64,000 nucleotides of DNA from Candidatus Bathyarchaeota archaeon. Lineage in GTDB: Archaea; Thermoproteota; Bathyarchaeia; Bathyarchaeales; Bathycorpusculaceae. The notes under the pieces were generated by a model. That model was not told where the DNA came from, ran no database searches, and saw nothing but the letters and a program-made list of their open reading frames with translations. The translations under genes were made by a program, and so were the position numbers. Location: the NCBI GenBank assembly GCA_963828195.1, contig CAWHDT010000005.1, positions 224,001 to 288,000 on the forward strand. Reading direction: 5' to 3'. Shown one piece after another: positions 30,412 to 39,727 of the stretch (its first letter is position 1; the number at the start of each line of letters is the position of its first letter).

Positions 30412-31866
30412 CTAAAAATTAATGATTGAAAATTGTTGGTCCTGCGCGGTCAACTTGAGGGTTTGTTCATTTCCTGTTTCTTCAGGTGGATTGCTGCAAC
30501 GGTGGCGTTGACGTTTTTTTCCCTCAACCACAATTATTATTTGTGATGTGTGTGGTGCAAAGATTCCCCGTTTGATGTTGATTCCCGAGATTGCGCTGAT
30601 GGCCAATGACGCCACGCCTGGGGAACTCTTCATTCTGTCGCCGATCAGGGTGACTACGCCTAAGCCGTACTCTATTTTCATGTCCTCGTCAAAACCCTTT
30701 ATTTTTTCCTCGTTTTTCTTGAGGTAATCAGAGTCTAAGAAGAGGAAATCGCGAATCCGCTCCCCCGTCTCCATGGTTTCGGCGCCTAAATCCATAAAGT
30801 CGCTTCGTCTCTCCCAGATTCTCAAGGAATCCTCAAGCGACCTGCTTTTTTCATCATTCATCGAAAGAATGGCGCAGCGCGACTTGCCTGTTAAGCACTT
30901 CACAATTTCTCCGCCGCTTGTTTGGGCTTCAATCACCGAGTACATGTCGGGCTCATCAATGGGAACCACCATTAAGGGTTGCGTGAAGCGCCTGGCCATG
31001 GCGATTGCTGGGCTCTGAACTATTTTCATACCCATCATCGAAGCTTTATGAGCCTCATTGTAAGTAAGCGCCTTAACATGCTCAGTTTTTTGTCCACGCA
31101 CCACTTTGGGGTCGGCGCTTTGAACAGGCACATCTTTATACAACAAAGTTTCAGCGCTGTAGAGGTCTTTTAGAAGGCACGAAACGAAAACCGCTGTTAA
31201 ATCTGAACCGCCCCTGCCCAATATGGTTTCAAGGCCATCAGCAGTAACGCCTAAGAAACCCGCTAAAGAAACTATTTTGCCGTCTTCCAACGGCTCAATT
31301 AGGGCGTGGATTCTTTTTTTGCTTAAATCGTAGTTCGGAACCGCGTCTTCAAAGTTGTCGTCAGTGACGATGGGCCAATCTTCCAGCGGGAGGCGGCAGG
31401 AGTCTAAGCCGTTGCTTTTTATAATGTAATCCGCCAACGTCAACGTGGCGAGTTCTCCGCCTAACGTCAGGATTCTTGCTTTGACGTTGCCGCTGAAGCG
31501 TTTATTAACTGAGTCCAGGGTAGCCTGCGTTAAAGCTTGGTAATTATCCAACTCATCTAAGGCTTGTTCAAGCCATTTTCCTTCAACATGAGCCTTCGCC
31601 AGCCGCTTATAGATTTCAAAGACGGGTTCAAGAGGAAGCTGGCATGCCTGCGCGTAGGATTCGCCTATCCGTATAAGCGCGTCGGTGCAGCCCATAGGCG
31701 CTGAAAAAACAACAATCGGGCCAAAACCGTCTTTTTTGCGGATATGTTTTATCTGCTTGATTATTTTTGGGATTCCTTTGCCTTCCACGTCTAAGAGGCT
31801 GCCGCCGAATTTTGCTATTGAAAGTGCTTTGAAAGCGCATTCCACCTGATACGAGTTAGCAATCAA
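30412..31866 (-). CDS. aspartate kinase family protein (possible frameshift near C-terminus)
   Basis: AKFGGS, VFSA, LGRGGSD, ADPK; ACT-like C-terminus. Confidence 0.85.
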   Translation of the reverse strand: MIANSYQVECAFKALSIAKFGGSLLDVEGKGIPKIIKQIKHIRKKDGFGPIVVFSAPMGCTDALIRIGESYAQACQLPLEPVFEIYKRLAKAHVEGKWLEQALDELDNYQALTQATLDSVNKRFSGNVKARILTLGGELATLTLADYIIKSNGLDSCRLPLEDWPIVTDDNFEDAVPNYDLSKKRIHALIEPLEDGKIVSLAGFLGVTADGLETILGRGGSDLTAVFVSCLLKDLYSAETLLYKDVPVQSADPKVVRGQKTEHVKALTYNEAHKASMMGMKIVQSPAIAMARRFTQPLMVVPIDEPDMYSVIEAQTSGGEIVKCLTGKSRCAILSMNDEKSRSLEDSLRIWERRSDFMDLGAETMETGERIRDFLFLDSDYLKKNEEKIKGFDEDMKIEYGLGVVTLIGDRMKSSPGVASLAISAISGINIKRGIFAPHTSQIIIVVEGKKRQRHRCSNPPEETGNEQTLKLTAQDQQFSIINF

Positions 31867-31889
31867 ATCTTGCTTTAATAATTTTCTAA

Positions 31890-32048
31890 TTTTTTAAAAG
31901 AACAATGGCACTTGGGAAGCAACTGTTGTTCTTCTTGGCAATTTTTATTCAAAAGAAGAAGAAGCCCACTGAAAATGTTTTTTTTCTTCTTCTTCTTCAT
32001 TTTTTCAAAAAGACAGCAATAGCTCGGAAACAACTGTTGTTCTTCTGC
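31890..32048 (+). repeat. dispersed palindromic repeat, copy 2 (units A+B+A')
   Basis: AAAAGAACAATGGCACTTGGGAAGCAACTGTTGTTCTTCT; AAAAGAAGAAGAAGCCC...TTCTTCTTCTTC; ...CGGAAACAACTGTTGTTCTTCT. Confidence 0.8.
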
Positions 32049-32214
32049 ATCATATAGGATTTCGCGCAAGGTTTTTCTTTAGTTTTCAAAAATGATGCAA
32101 TGCCGTAGAGAAGGACAGAAGAATTTTCAACTTAGAAACGCGTTTTGCCCATTTGAAAATATGCGAAAAAATGAAATAGCCCAGCACTCAACATCATAGA
32201 GCAGAGGCTTAACT

Positions 32215-32982
32215 TTGTCGTTTAAAGAGAAAATGCAGGAAGCTGCAAAGAGCAAGAGTTCTCCGATTGTTTTGGCGCTGGATTTTCCTTATGAAGCTCC
32301 AGGGAACCGGAGCCAAATTTTAGGTAAAGCCCAGAAAATCCTCAAAGCCGTTCACCCATACATCTGCGCAGTAAAAATAAACCATCATCTTACGCTTCCG
32401 CTCGGCACCTTTGACGGCGTGCAGCAGCTTGTGGAGCAGATTCGCGGACAAGGCTTGCTTGCAATCATGGATGCTAAAGTAAACGACATAGGCGCAACCA
32501 ACCAAGTTATAGCTGACTACTATTACGCGGCGGGTTTTGACGCTTTAATCGCCAACCCATTTGTAGGCTGGGAGGAAGGCTTAGAGCCACTCTTCAAGGT
32601 TTCACAGAGGCTTAACCGAGGCGTTATACTTCTCTGCTACATGAGCCACAAAGGAGCAAACGAAGGCTACGGACAAACAATAATTGATCAGGAAACAGGC
32701 GAAAAAACGCTGCAGTACGTTTCTTTTGCCAGAAAAGCTTTGAAATGGGGTGCTGACGGAGTGGTCGTCGGCGCAACGGTGCCTCAAAAGATAAGTGAAG
32801 TAAAAAAGATTCTCGGGGAAAAAGTCCCCATCTACTCGCCCGGTGTTGGGGCTCAGGGTGGAGCTGCGGAAACGGCGGTTAAGGCGGGAGCCAGCTACCT
32901 TATTGTTGGGCGAGAAATCACGATGGCGGCAGACCCAGCGAAAGCGGCAAGTCAGCTTTGCGATTCAGTAAAAGGAATTTAG
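32215..32982 (+). CDS. pyrF: orotidine 5'-phosphate decarboxylase
   Basis: LALD, AVK, DAKVNDIGAT, VVGAT, SPGVGAQGG, IVGREI. Confidence 0.93.
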   Translation: MSFKEKMQEAAKSKSSPIVLALDFPYEAPGNRSQILGKAQKILKAVHPYICAVKINHHLTLPLGTFDGVQQLVEQIRGQGLLAIMDAKVNDIGATNQVIADYYYAAGFDALIANPFVGWEEGLEPLFKVSQRLNRGVILLCYMSHKGANEGYGQTIIDQETGEKTLQYVSFARKALKWGADGVVVGATVPQKISEVKKILGEKVPIYSPGVGAQGGAAETAVKAGASYLIVGREITMAADPAKAASQLCDSVKGI

Positions 32983-32988
32983 AGCCGT

Positions 32989-33144
32989 TTATCTTTGGCG
33001 TTTGTTTTCCCAGAGCTCTTTCTTTAGCAAATCACGTACGGAAGAGCGGATTACGCTGCTTCTGCTCGGGTACATGTTAGCTCGGACTAATTCATCTAAA
33101 CCTTCAAGATAAGCTTCTGGTAACAGGACAGTTACAAGTTTCAC
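32989..33144 (-). CDS. ribbon-helix-helix (CopG/CdrS-like) regulator, 51 aa, not in ORF track
   Basis: GGAGG SD, GTG start; MKLVTVLLPEAYLEGLDELVRANMYPSRSSVIRSSVRDLLKKELWENKRQR. Confidence 0.88.
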   Translation of the reverse strand: MKLVTVLLPEAYLEGLDELVRANMYPSRSSVIRSSVRDLLKKELWENKRQR

Positions 33145-33224
33145 TTTATTTTTGCCTCCCTTAAACTATATCATGCATATAACATGCCGCAAATATAAAA
33201 GTTAACCAGCAAACCCCGACTAAA

Positions 33225-34073
33225 TCACAAGTTTCTTAGTTGATTTAAAGTTCCTAAATATGTGCCATCTAAAAGGTAAAGCTCAGAGTTATCCACATCC
33301 ACTGCTTCCGAGCGCAGCACGGGTCCAATCAACGCTTCGCTGCCGATTTCTTTTCGGGGTCTTGTTTCGTTTATTGGTCTGCCGCCGAGGAAATCGTTGA
33401 AGCTGGGCATAATGAAAATCTCCTTCGCCTTCAGCCTGACATTGTAGTGGTTCTTGAGTGTTTCCGTCACGGTGCCTTTGATTTTCACGTTGTGCTTCTG
33501 CAGCAGAATCTTGGCTAAGGCTTCAGAGTTGCAGTTTGCTTTCATCCAGACCTGCCTGGTAATTTTGAATCCTGCTGGGTCACGGAAAACCACAACAGGG
33601 TGCAAATGCCCCATAACCAAGGTTTTGCACTGCAGCAAAGCGGGCGAAGGCCATTTGTGACCATGAAAAACGCCTACATCCCCAATGACTTCTCCAGTCG
33701 CAGGCAGCAGCTTCACACTTTCTGGAAGAAGAGGTTCAAGGTTAGCATCATGGTTCCCCCGCACCACCGCTATTTCATCAACGTAACCCTGCAGTTTTAC
33801 GAAAAAATCGGGGATGTCATGCCACTCGCCCAATTCACTGGAAATCACCGAGTACTTTACGTCGCCGACAATTATCAGCTGCTGCGGCTTGTGTTTGGTG
33901 ATTATTGCGGTTAGTTTGTTGAGGATTTTTTGGGTTTGGCTTGGAACGTGGATTCCCTTTTCTTGAAGGGACATTTCCCAGCCGAGGTGCGGGTCAGCGA
34001 TGAGGAGAACTTTGGTTTTTCCATTTTTTACCAGAGCAGCGGGGTAAGGCCAAAGCAAACGCAACATACTCAT
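33225..34073 (-). CDS. metallophosphoesterase
   Basis: ADPHLG, GD, GNHD, HGH, GHLHP motifs. Confidence 0.9.
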   Translation of the reverse strand: MSMLRLLWPYPAALVKNGKTKVLLIADPHLGWEMSLQEKGIHVPSQTQKILNKLTAIITKHKPQQLIIVGDVKYSVISSELGEWHDIPDFFVKLQGYVDEIAVVRGNHDANLEPLLPESVKLLPATGEVIGDVGVFHGHKWPSPALLQCKTLVMGHLHPVVVFRDPAGFKITRQVWMKANCNSEALAKILLQKHNVKIKGTVTETLKNHYNVRLKAKEIFIMPSFNDFLGGRPINETRPRKEIGSEALIGPVLRSEAVDVDNSELYLLDGTYLGTLNQLRNL

Positions 34074-34957
34074 TTAACCAGGCTTAAGATTTTTTTATGA
34101 ATCTCCCTGTTGCCTGAAGCCACAAAACTCAAAGTTTGCCGTGGATCCAACTCGACGTTTAAAGCTTGATTGCTCGGCGAAGTCACTATTCCGCCCGCCT
34201 CTTTTATGATGAGAAAAGCCGCCGCCACGTCGGTCGTGCGTAGTTTTCCGCGTATGTCAACAAACGCATCTGTCAACCCGTTTGCTACATAGCAGAGTTC
34301 AAGCGCGTTGGCGCCGAAATGGCGGATATGCTTTGTTTCGCCAATAAGAGCGGTTAGTCTGGGCGCGATTTCCTTGACTTTGTAGGTGTTCAAATCTAAA
34401 CCTATCAATGCATCGCCTAAGTCGGACGTTTTTGAGGGATGAATTTTTTCGCCGTCGCGGTAAGCCCCCTCGCCTCGGAAGGCAGTGTAGGTTACGTCGT
34501 GGAAAAGGTCCGTGACCATGCCCGCGTAAACGTTTGCAAGCGGACGTTTGTCTGAAACCGCGATTGAGCAAGCGTAGAAGGGTAAGCCGTGCATAAAATT
34601 TGTGCTTCCATCAACAGGGTCAACCGTAACAAAACACTCCTCTGCAGCAGAACCATACTTTTTCACTCCTGACTCTTCGCTTATCAGTGTAAACGAAACG
34701 TCATGCCGCTTTAGGGTTTCAACGATTGCGGTTTCAGCTGCCAAATCCATCGGCTTCATAACGTCGCCGCCTGCACCTACACCCAAGTTAGGCTGGGGCT
34801 CCCGAATGGTGGCGATGCATGGCTGAATGCAGGCTTGAACGTTGTTTTTGCATTCAACAAGGATTTTCTGCCAGTCTTCTCGGATTGTCATCGCGGTGTA
34901 CTTCCATTGTTTCTTATGCACTGTCAAGCTGATAAAATTATGCGCTCTTTGCCCCAA
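34070..34957 (-). CDS. inositol monophosphatase / FBPase family protein
   Basis: SEESG, DPVDGSTNF, DVAAA. Confidence 0.9.
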   Translation of the reverse strand: MGQRAHNFISLTVHKKQWKYTAMTIREDWQKILVECKNNVQACIQPCIATIREPQPNLGVGAGGDVMKPMDLAAETAIVETLKRHDVSFTLISEESGVKKYGSAAEECFVTVDPVDGSTNFMHGLPFYACSIAVSDKRPLANVYAGMVTDLFHDVTYTAFRGEGAYRDGEKIHPSKTSDLGDALIGLDLNTYKVKEIAPRLTALIGETKHIRHFGANALELCYVANGLTDAFVDIRGKLRTTDVAAAFLIIKEAGGIVTSPSNQALNVELDPRQTLSFVASGNREIHKKILSLVK

Positions 34958-35025
34958 AGTCTAAAGCGTGGGAAAGCCGAGACAAAACTTAAACTATAGT
35001 TTTTCCCTGTAATACTTGACGTGGT

Positions 35026-35256
35026 TTGCGGATGGAAAGAAAACGAGCGTTTTTGCAGGGACTGGGAATTATCGTTTTCGGAGTCATTTTTATAGCTCTT
35101 ACGTCGGCTCTGTATTTTTTATCCTACGTCAAAGGTGACCACGTCTTTCTTTTTCTCGGTCTCAGCGGCGTTTTGATTTTTTTGGGTGTTGTTGCGATTC
35201 TTGTTTCCAAAAGAGCCCCCTCAAGCGACATTTCGAAACCGCAACGAAAATCATAA
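35026..35256 (+). CDS. small two-TM membrane protein
   Basis: two hydrophobic segments, upstream TATA-like AAACTTAAA. Confidence 0.6.
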   Translation: MRMERKRAFLQGLGIIVFGVIFIALTSALYFLSYVKGDHVFLFLGLSGVLIFLGVVAILVSKRAPSSDISKPQRKS

Positions 35257-35426
35257 CTACAGTCTAATTCCAAGTTCTTAAGTCGTCGGTTGACGTTTTC
35301 TCCGCGAAAAATCGGTTGGAAACTGAAGGCGAAAATAAGTGGAAAACCCTAATCTAAAATGCAAGCAAAAAAACTTGACGCTAAGAAGCTTTTTTGTTAT
35401 TCTTTTTCTGATAAATCACCCAAATT

Positions 35427-36266
35427 TTATATGCCACTGTTGGAAACAGTTTGCTGACTTGAATTAACGGGTTTTCTTTTTCTCATATAAAGTAGCAGAG
35501 AAACAATGACAACCAATAAGGCAATGATAATAATATAAATCGTTATCGATGAAAACTCTGGAACCGTGGGTGTTGCGGTTGGAGTTGGAGATGGCGTTTG
35601 CGATGTTGTTGGATTTGGTGAAGCAGAAGTTGCAGGAACAGTTATGGTTTGTGTGTTGCTCCAATCGCCCGTTTCACCATTAAAAAATACCATATCGCCC
35701 ATTTGTCCCTCTTGTTCCACATTGGGTTGACCTATCAATGCTCTGACTTGAAAGTCTACTTGACCGCCCACTGGAAAATTAGTTACGCTGCCAACTTGTT
35801 CTCCATTTGGGTTAAGCGGTTCATCGCTGTTAATTGGAACCGAAATAGTCGTGTAGCCGCCATTTGACTGAATGCAATACTGTGTTAATCCAACAGGAGT
35901 TATCGAATTAGAATATGAGTAAAGTTGCCAATCAGAATCATAGTGCCCCTTATACTGAACCTGATACCAAAGGTTAACTTCTGAACCGTTTACCGAGTAC
36001 GACGTAAAAGGTTGATTGGTTATCGTAACATCTATTGACTGGTTCTGTATTGAGTATCCGTTTTGTGTTATTGTAGTCTGTCCTGTGTATGGGTCCACTG
36101 TGGTACTTGGAGCTACACTGAATGGTCGTGCAACAATTTTCAATGTAAATGTTGGAACAGACGGAGTAGGTATCGACTGAGCAGACGCTGGTTTTGCCAT
36201 TATTAGACTTGACACGGCTAAGAGAGCAATAAGAAGCAATGAGAAACTTTTGCTGATTCCACTCAT
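35427..36266 (-). CDS. secreted surface protein with C-terminal VPEF-TM-basic sorting signal
   Basis: SSLIMAKPA signal, IPTPSVP, PTVPEF, TM helix, LLLYMRKRKP shared with 21584..22396. Confidence 0.75.
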   Translation of the reverse strand: MSGISKSFSLLLIALLAVSSLIMAKPASAQSIPTPSVPTFTLKIVARPFSVAPSTTVDPYTGQTTITQNGYSIQNQSIDVTITNQPFTSYSVNGSEVNLWYQVQYKGHYDSDWQLYSYSNSITPVGLTQYCIQSNGGYTTISVPINSDEPLNPNGEQVGSVTNFPVGGQVDFQVRALIGQPNVEQEGQMGDMVFFNGETGDWSNTQTITVPATSASPNPTTSQTPSPTPTATPTVPEFSSITIYIIIIALLVVIVSLLLYMRKRKPVNSSQQTVSNSGI

Positions 36267-36452
36267 AATTAGTTTTAGGTAGAGTTAGCGATAAAAGGGT
36301 TCTCGTAAAGATTCATTGCCACAAGATTTCTTGACTTATACAGAAACACGCATTTTCTTAAAATAAAAGACCACTATCATGCGTTCTACAAATAATCAAA
36401 CGAATTTTCACATTCACCACATTTCAACCGACAATTTCACAGAGCCTAATTC

Positions 36453-36468
36453 CGAAACGCTTATATTT
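36453..36468 (+). promoter_or_regulatory. putative BRE/TATA promoter of the aro operon leader
   Basis: CGAAACGCTTATATTT about 40 nt upstream of the leader ATG. Confidence 0.6.
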
Positions 36469-36506
36469 TCTTGATAACGTCTCATTGAACAAGGGTTCGA
36501 AGCTAC

Positions 36507-36590
36507 ATGTCCAATTGCAAAAGCCACAAAGGAAACAGTTCCGCACAATCGCTCAGCTTCGACTACTATTTTTACGGTTATTTTTCTTAA
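36507..36590 (+). CDS. putative Phe/Tyr-rich leader peptide of the aromatic amino acid operon (27 aa)
   Basis: MSNCKSHKGNSSAQSLSFDYYFYGYFS*; 7 of the last 10 codons are Phe/Tyr, none in the first 17; ends 56 nt before the operon. Confidence 0.75.
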   Translation: MSNCKSHKGNSSAQSLSFDYYFYGYFS

Positions 36591-36628
36591 GCCCAGAACT
36601 GAAAAGTTTTTTAAGCAAGGTTCTGGGC
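36591..36628 (+). promoter_or_regulatory. hairpin directly after leader stop codon (attenuator-like)
   Basis: GCCCAGAAC (36591-99) pairs with GTTCTGGGC (36620-28); T6 tract in the loop. Confidence 0.65.
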
Positions 36629-36646
36629 AAGGCACGGGTGTAAGCG

Positions 36647-37894
36647 ATGGCGAAGAATGATTCTGGCAGAAGAATTGTTGTTAAATTCGGGGGGTCTAGC
36701 CTGGCGGATCATGAGCGGCTCTTGAAAGCGGCGCTTGCCGTGGTCAACGAAGCCAAGGCGGGCACACAGGTCGCTGTTGTAGTTTCTGCTATGGGTAAAA
36801 CAACCGATGTCCTTATGACGACGGCGAAAAACGCTTCCCACGGGAAACTGGAGAAAAAAGACTTGGACGATATCCTCTCTATGGGCGAGCGTACCAGCAT
36901 AAGAATTTTCGCTGCTGCATTGAAAAACAACGGTGCCGAATCCTGCTACTTCGACCCCATCGACAGCAACTGGCCGATAATTACTGATTCAGCATTCCAA
37001 AACGCCAACCCAATACTGAAGGACTGCGAAAAAAATATTCGCGAATGCATACTGCCAGTCATGGAGAAAAGCGTCATACCTGTGGTGGCGGGGTTCCTCG
37101 GCAAAACAAAGGACGGCAAAATCACCACTCTTGGAAGAGGCGGCAGCGACACAACAGCGTTTATCTTAGCTGAAGCCCTGAACGCTGACGAAATCGTCTT
37201 AGTCACCGACGCAGACGGCATAATGTCAGGCGACCCAAAAATCGTGTCGAACCCAGAGCGCCTAAAAGAAATCGACGTTAACACTATAGTGGGGTTAGCT
37301 GATTCAGGCGCCAAATTTATCCACAGCAAAGCCCTAAAGTACAAACCCAAAAACATCAACGTCCGAGTAATCAACCACGCGCACGGCAACTTAACTAAAG
37401 AAGGCACCGTAATCACGGGCGCATTAGCAACGGAACTGGACGCGGAAATAGCTCATCCTTTTCCAGTTGCTGAAATAACGGTGGTCGGAAACGGCATCTC
37501 CGCAAACCCCCAAATCATCCAGGAAATGGTGGAGAAAACCAAACAGCACTCGCAGCTTTTGGGCATGTCGATGAACACAAACTCAATCATACTTTATGCT
37601 TCTCAAGAAAAAACCTTGGACGCACTCTTCAACGACATCCACAATATCACAAAAAGCAACAGGGAAACCATAGCGATGGCGGTCAAAAAAGACTTGGTTT
37701 TCATAAAAACAAGCGGGGTCGGCTTAGAGGAAACCCATGGCATAATTGGGAAAATCAGCGAAGACCTCAGATTGAACGGCATAAACATTTCAGGCATACT
37801 GACCATAACGTCAAGTATTTTGCTTTTTGTAGATTGGAATGAGCGTGAAAAAGCGCTTGCGCTAATTAAAAACTCATTAAGGACTTCGAAATAA
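36647..37894 (+). CDS. lysC: aspartate kinase
   Basis: VVKFGGSS, VVVSAMG, LGRGGSDTTA, GDPK, ACT domains. Confidence 0.92.
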   Translation: MAKNDSGRRIVVKFGGSSLADHERLLKAALAVVNEAKAGTQVAVVVSAMGKTTDVLMTTAKNASHGKLEKKDLDDILSMGERTSIRIFAAALKNNGAESCYFDPIDSNWPIITDSAFQNANPILKDCEKNIRECILPVMEKSVIPVVAGFLGKTKDGKITTLGRGGSDTTAFILAEALNADEIVLVTDADGIMSGDPKIVSNPERLKEIDVNTIVGLADSGAKFIHSKALKYKPKNINVRVINHAHGNLTKEGTVITGALATELDAEIAHPFPVAEITVVGNGISANPQIIQEMVEKTKQHSQLLGMSMNTNSIILYASQEKTLDALFNDIHNITKSNRETIAMAVKKDLVFIKTSGVGLEETHGIIGKISEDLRLNGINISGILTITSSILLFVDWNEREKALALIKNSLRTSK

Positions 37895-37910
37895 GCAAAG
37901 GTGACGAAAC

Positions 37911-38702
37911 ATGAATCAAGGAAAAACAAGACGATTAAAAAGAATCATGCAGGAAGACAACCGCACCGTAGTCGTGCCCATGGATCACGGCGTAACAATA
38001 GGCCCAATTCGGGGAATCACTAACATGCAGCAAATAATCGATAAACTCCTAAAAGGCGGAGTTGACGCAGTGCTTGTCCACAAAGGCATCGCCAAACACG
38101 TTGACGCTGGAAACGCAGGGTTAATAGTGATGTTGTCAGGCATGTCAAACCTTAGCCCCAACGTAAACGGTAAAGTTCAAGTATGCAGCGTCAAAGAAGC
38201 CATTCGGCTTGGCGCAGACGCCGTTTCCGTCCACGTGAACGTCGGTTCACAAGATGAAGACAAAATGTTAAGCAACCTAGGCAGTGTAGCCGAAGAATGC
38301 GACTTATACGGCATGCCGCTGCTCGCGATGATGTACCCGCGGGGACCAAAAATACAGGACGAACATGCACCAGAAGTGGTAGCCCACGCAGCAAGAATCG
38401 GCGCTGAACTGGGAGCGGACATAATTAAAACAAACTTCACAGGCAAAATAGACAGCTTCAAAGAGGTTGTCGAAAGCTGCCCGGTTCCAGTCTTGATTGC
38501 CGGAGGACCAAAATGCAAATCTGCCCAAGAAATCCTCCAAACCACACATGACGCTCTGGAGGCGGGAGCCGCGGGACTCTCCATAGGAAGAAACGTGTTC
38601 CAAAACGAAAACCCAACCCTGATAGTAAAAGCGCTCTCAGCAATCGTTCACAGCGGCGCCAGCGTGGAGCAAGCGCTTAAAATTCTCGGTGAAAAACCTT
38701 GA
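37911..38702 (+). CDS. 2-amino-3,7-dideoxy-D-threo-hept-6-ulosonate synthase (class I aldolase, AroA')
   Basis: PMDHG, MMYPRG, ELGADIIKT, AGGPK, GRNVFQ; adjacent to DHQ synthase II. Confidence 0.88.
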   Translation: MNQGKTRRLKRIMQEDNRTVVVPMDHGVTIGPIRGITNMQQIIDKLLKGGVDAVLVHKGIAKHVDAGNAGLIVMLSGMSNLSPNVNGKVQVCSVKEAIRLGADAVSVHVNVGSQDEDKMLSNLGSVAEECDLYGMPLLAMMYPRGPKIQDEHAPEVVAHAARIGAELGADIIKTNFTGKIDSFKEVVESCPVPVLIAGGPKCKSAQEILQTTHDALEAGAAGLSIGRNVFQNENPTLIVKALSAIVHSGASVEQALKILGEKP

Positions 38703-39727
38703 AGGAACTATGGATCGAAATTGGCAAAAAACTAGCTGCCCCGCCATCAAAAATCATTGACGATTACTTTGATGTAGTTATTGATAGCGGCAAAGCTACA
38801 TTTTGGGCAATCGATAAAAACAAACAGGTTGACATTGTTTCTCCAAACAAAGGAGAGCGGCTGGAAAACGCCAATGTTAAAAACGAGATTCTGCGGATTT
38901 GTATCAGTGATAAAGAAACTGAAAACCAAATAGTTGAAGCGGCAGAGCTTGGAGCAAGCTACTTAATTATAAGCTGCGCTAACTGGCGTGTTATTCCTTT
39001 AGAAAACCTTATTGCCCGAATAAAGGGCAAAAGTAAACTCATTGCCGAAGTTACCACTGCTGAAGAAGCCAAGATAGCGCTGGAAACCCTCGAATTAGGA
39101 ACCGATGGAGTTTTACTGAAAACTTCAGACAGCGAGGAAATTCTCAAAGCAGTTGCAGTCGTTAAGCCTGAAGCTTTGAAGCTTGAAATGGCTGTGGCAA
39201 AAATAATTTCTACCAAGCCCATCAGCACGGGCGCTCGAGTTTGCGTAGACACGTGCGATTTGATGACTCAAGGTGAGGGGATGCTTGTGGGCAGCCAAAG
39301 TGCTGGTTTATTTTTGGTGGAGGCAGAGGTGCATGAGAACCCCTATGTTGCGTCTCGGCCGTTTAGGGTGAACGCGGGGTCCTGTTCCATGTATACACTG
39401 GGCAGTTTGCAGACCACTCGTTACCTGCAAGAATTCAAGGCAGGCGACGAAGTCATAGTTGTCAATCGCGAAGGCAAAACCCGCAAAACCAACGTGGGAC
39501 GCATAAAAATCGAGATCAGACCGCTCATCTTAGTAGAAGCGCAAGTCGAAGGCAAAACCATAAAAACTATCCTTCAAAACGCCGAAACCATTCGCCTAGT
39601 AACGCAAGAAGGCTCAAAGCCCGTAACTGAGCTTAAACCCAGCGACGAAGTTATCGTGCACTTAGCCGCCAAGGGAGGCCGGCACTTCGGCATATCAGTG
39701 CCTGAAGAAACGGTGATAGAAAAGTGA
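38699..39727 (+). CDS. 3-dehydroquinate synthase II (AroB')
   Basis: WRVIPLENLIA, RVCVDTC, RPFRVNAG, LQNAETI, RHFG. Confidence 0.93.
   Translation: MKELWIEIGKKLAAPPSKIIDDYFDVVIDSGKATFWAIDKNKQVDIVSPNKGERLENANVKNEILRICISDKETENQIVEAAELGASYLIISCANWRVIPLENLIARIKGKSKLIAEVTTAEEAKIALETLELGTDGVLLKTSDSEEILKAVAVVKPEALKLEMAVAKIISTKPISTGARVCVDTCDLMTQGEGMLVGSQSAGLFLVEAEVHENPYVASRPFRVNAGSCSMYTLGSLQTTRYLQEFKAGDEVIVVNREGKTRKTNVGRIKIEIRPLILVEAQVEGKTIKTILQNAETIRLVTQEGSKPVTELKPSDEVIVHLAAKGGRHFGISVPEETVIEK

Noticed and set aside
31875-32000. MKKKKKKN... ORF upstream of the second aspartate kinase as a lysine leader peptide
   Set aside because: The Lys run comes from the AAG arm of the dispersed palindromic repeat, and the same run appears at 18517..18759 before a nitroreductase. 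It is also at the N-terminus, unlike the two supported leaders. Co-option cannot be fully excluded.
31890-32048. Mini CRISPR array
   Set aside because: Only 2-3 divergent units per locus, irregular linker lengths, and no cas genes in the window.
32161-32199. Short ORF MRKNEIAQHSTS upstream of pyrF as a leader
   Set aside because: No informative codon bias and no associated structure.
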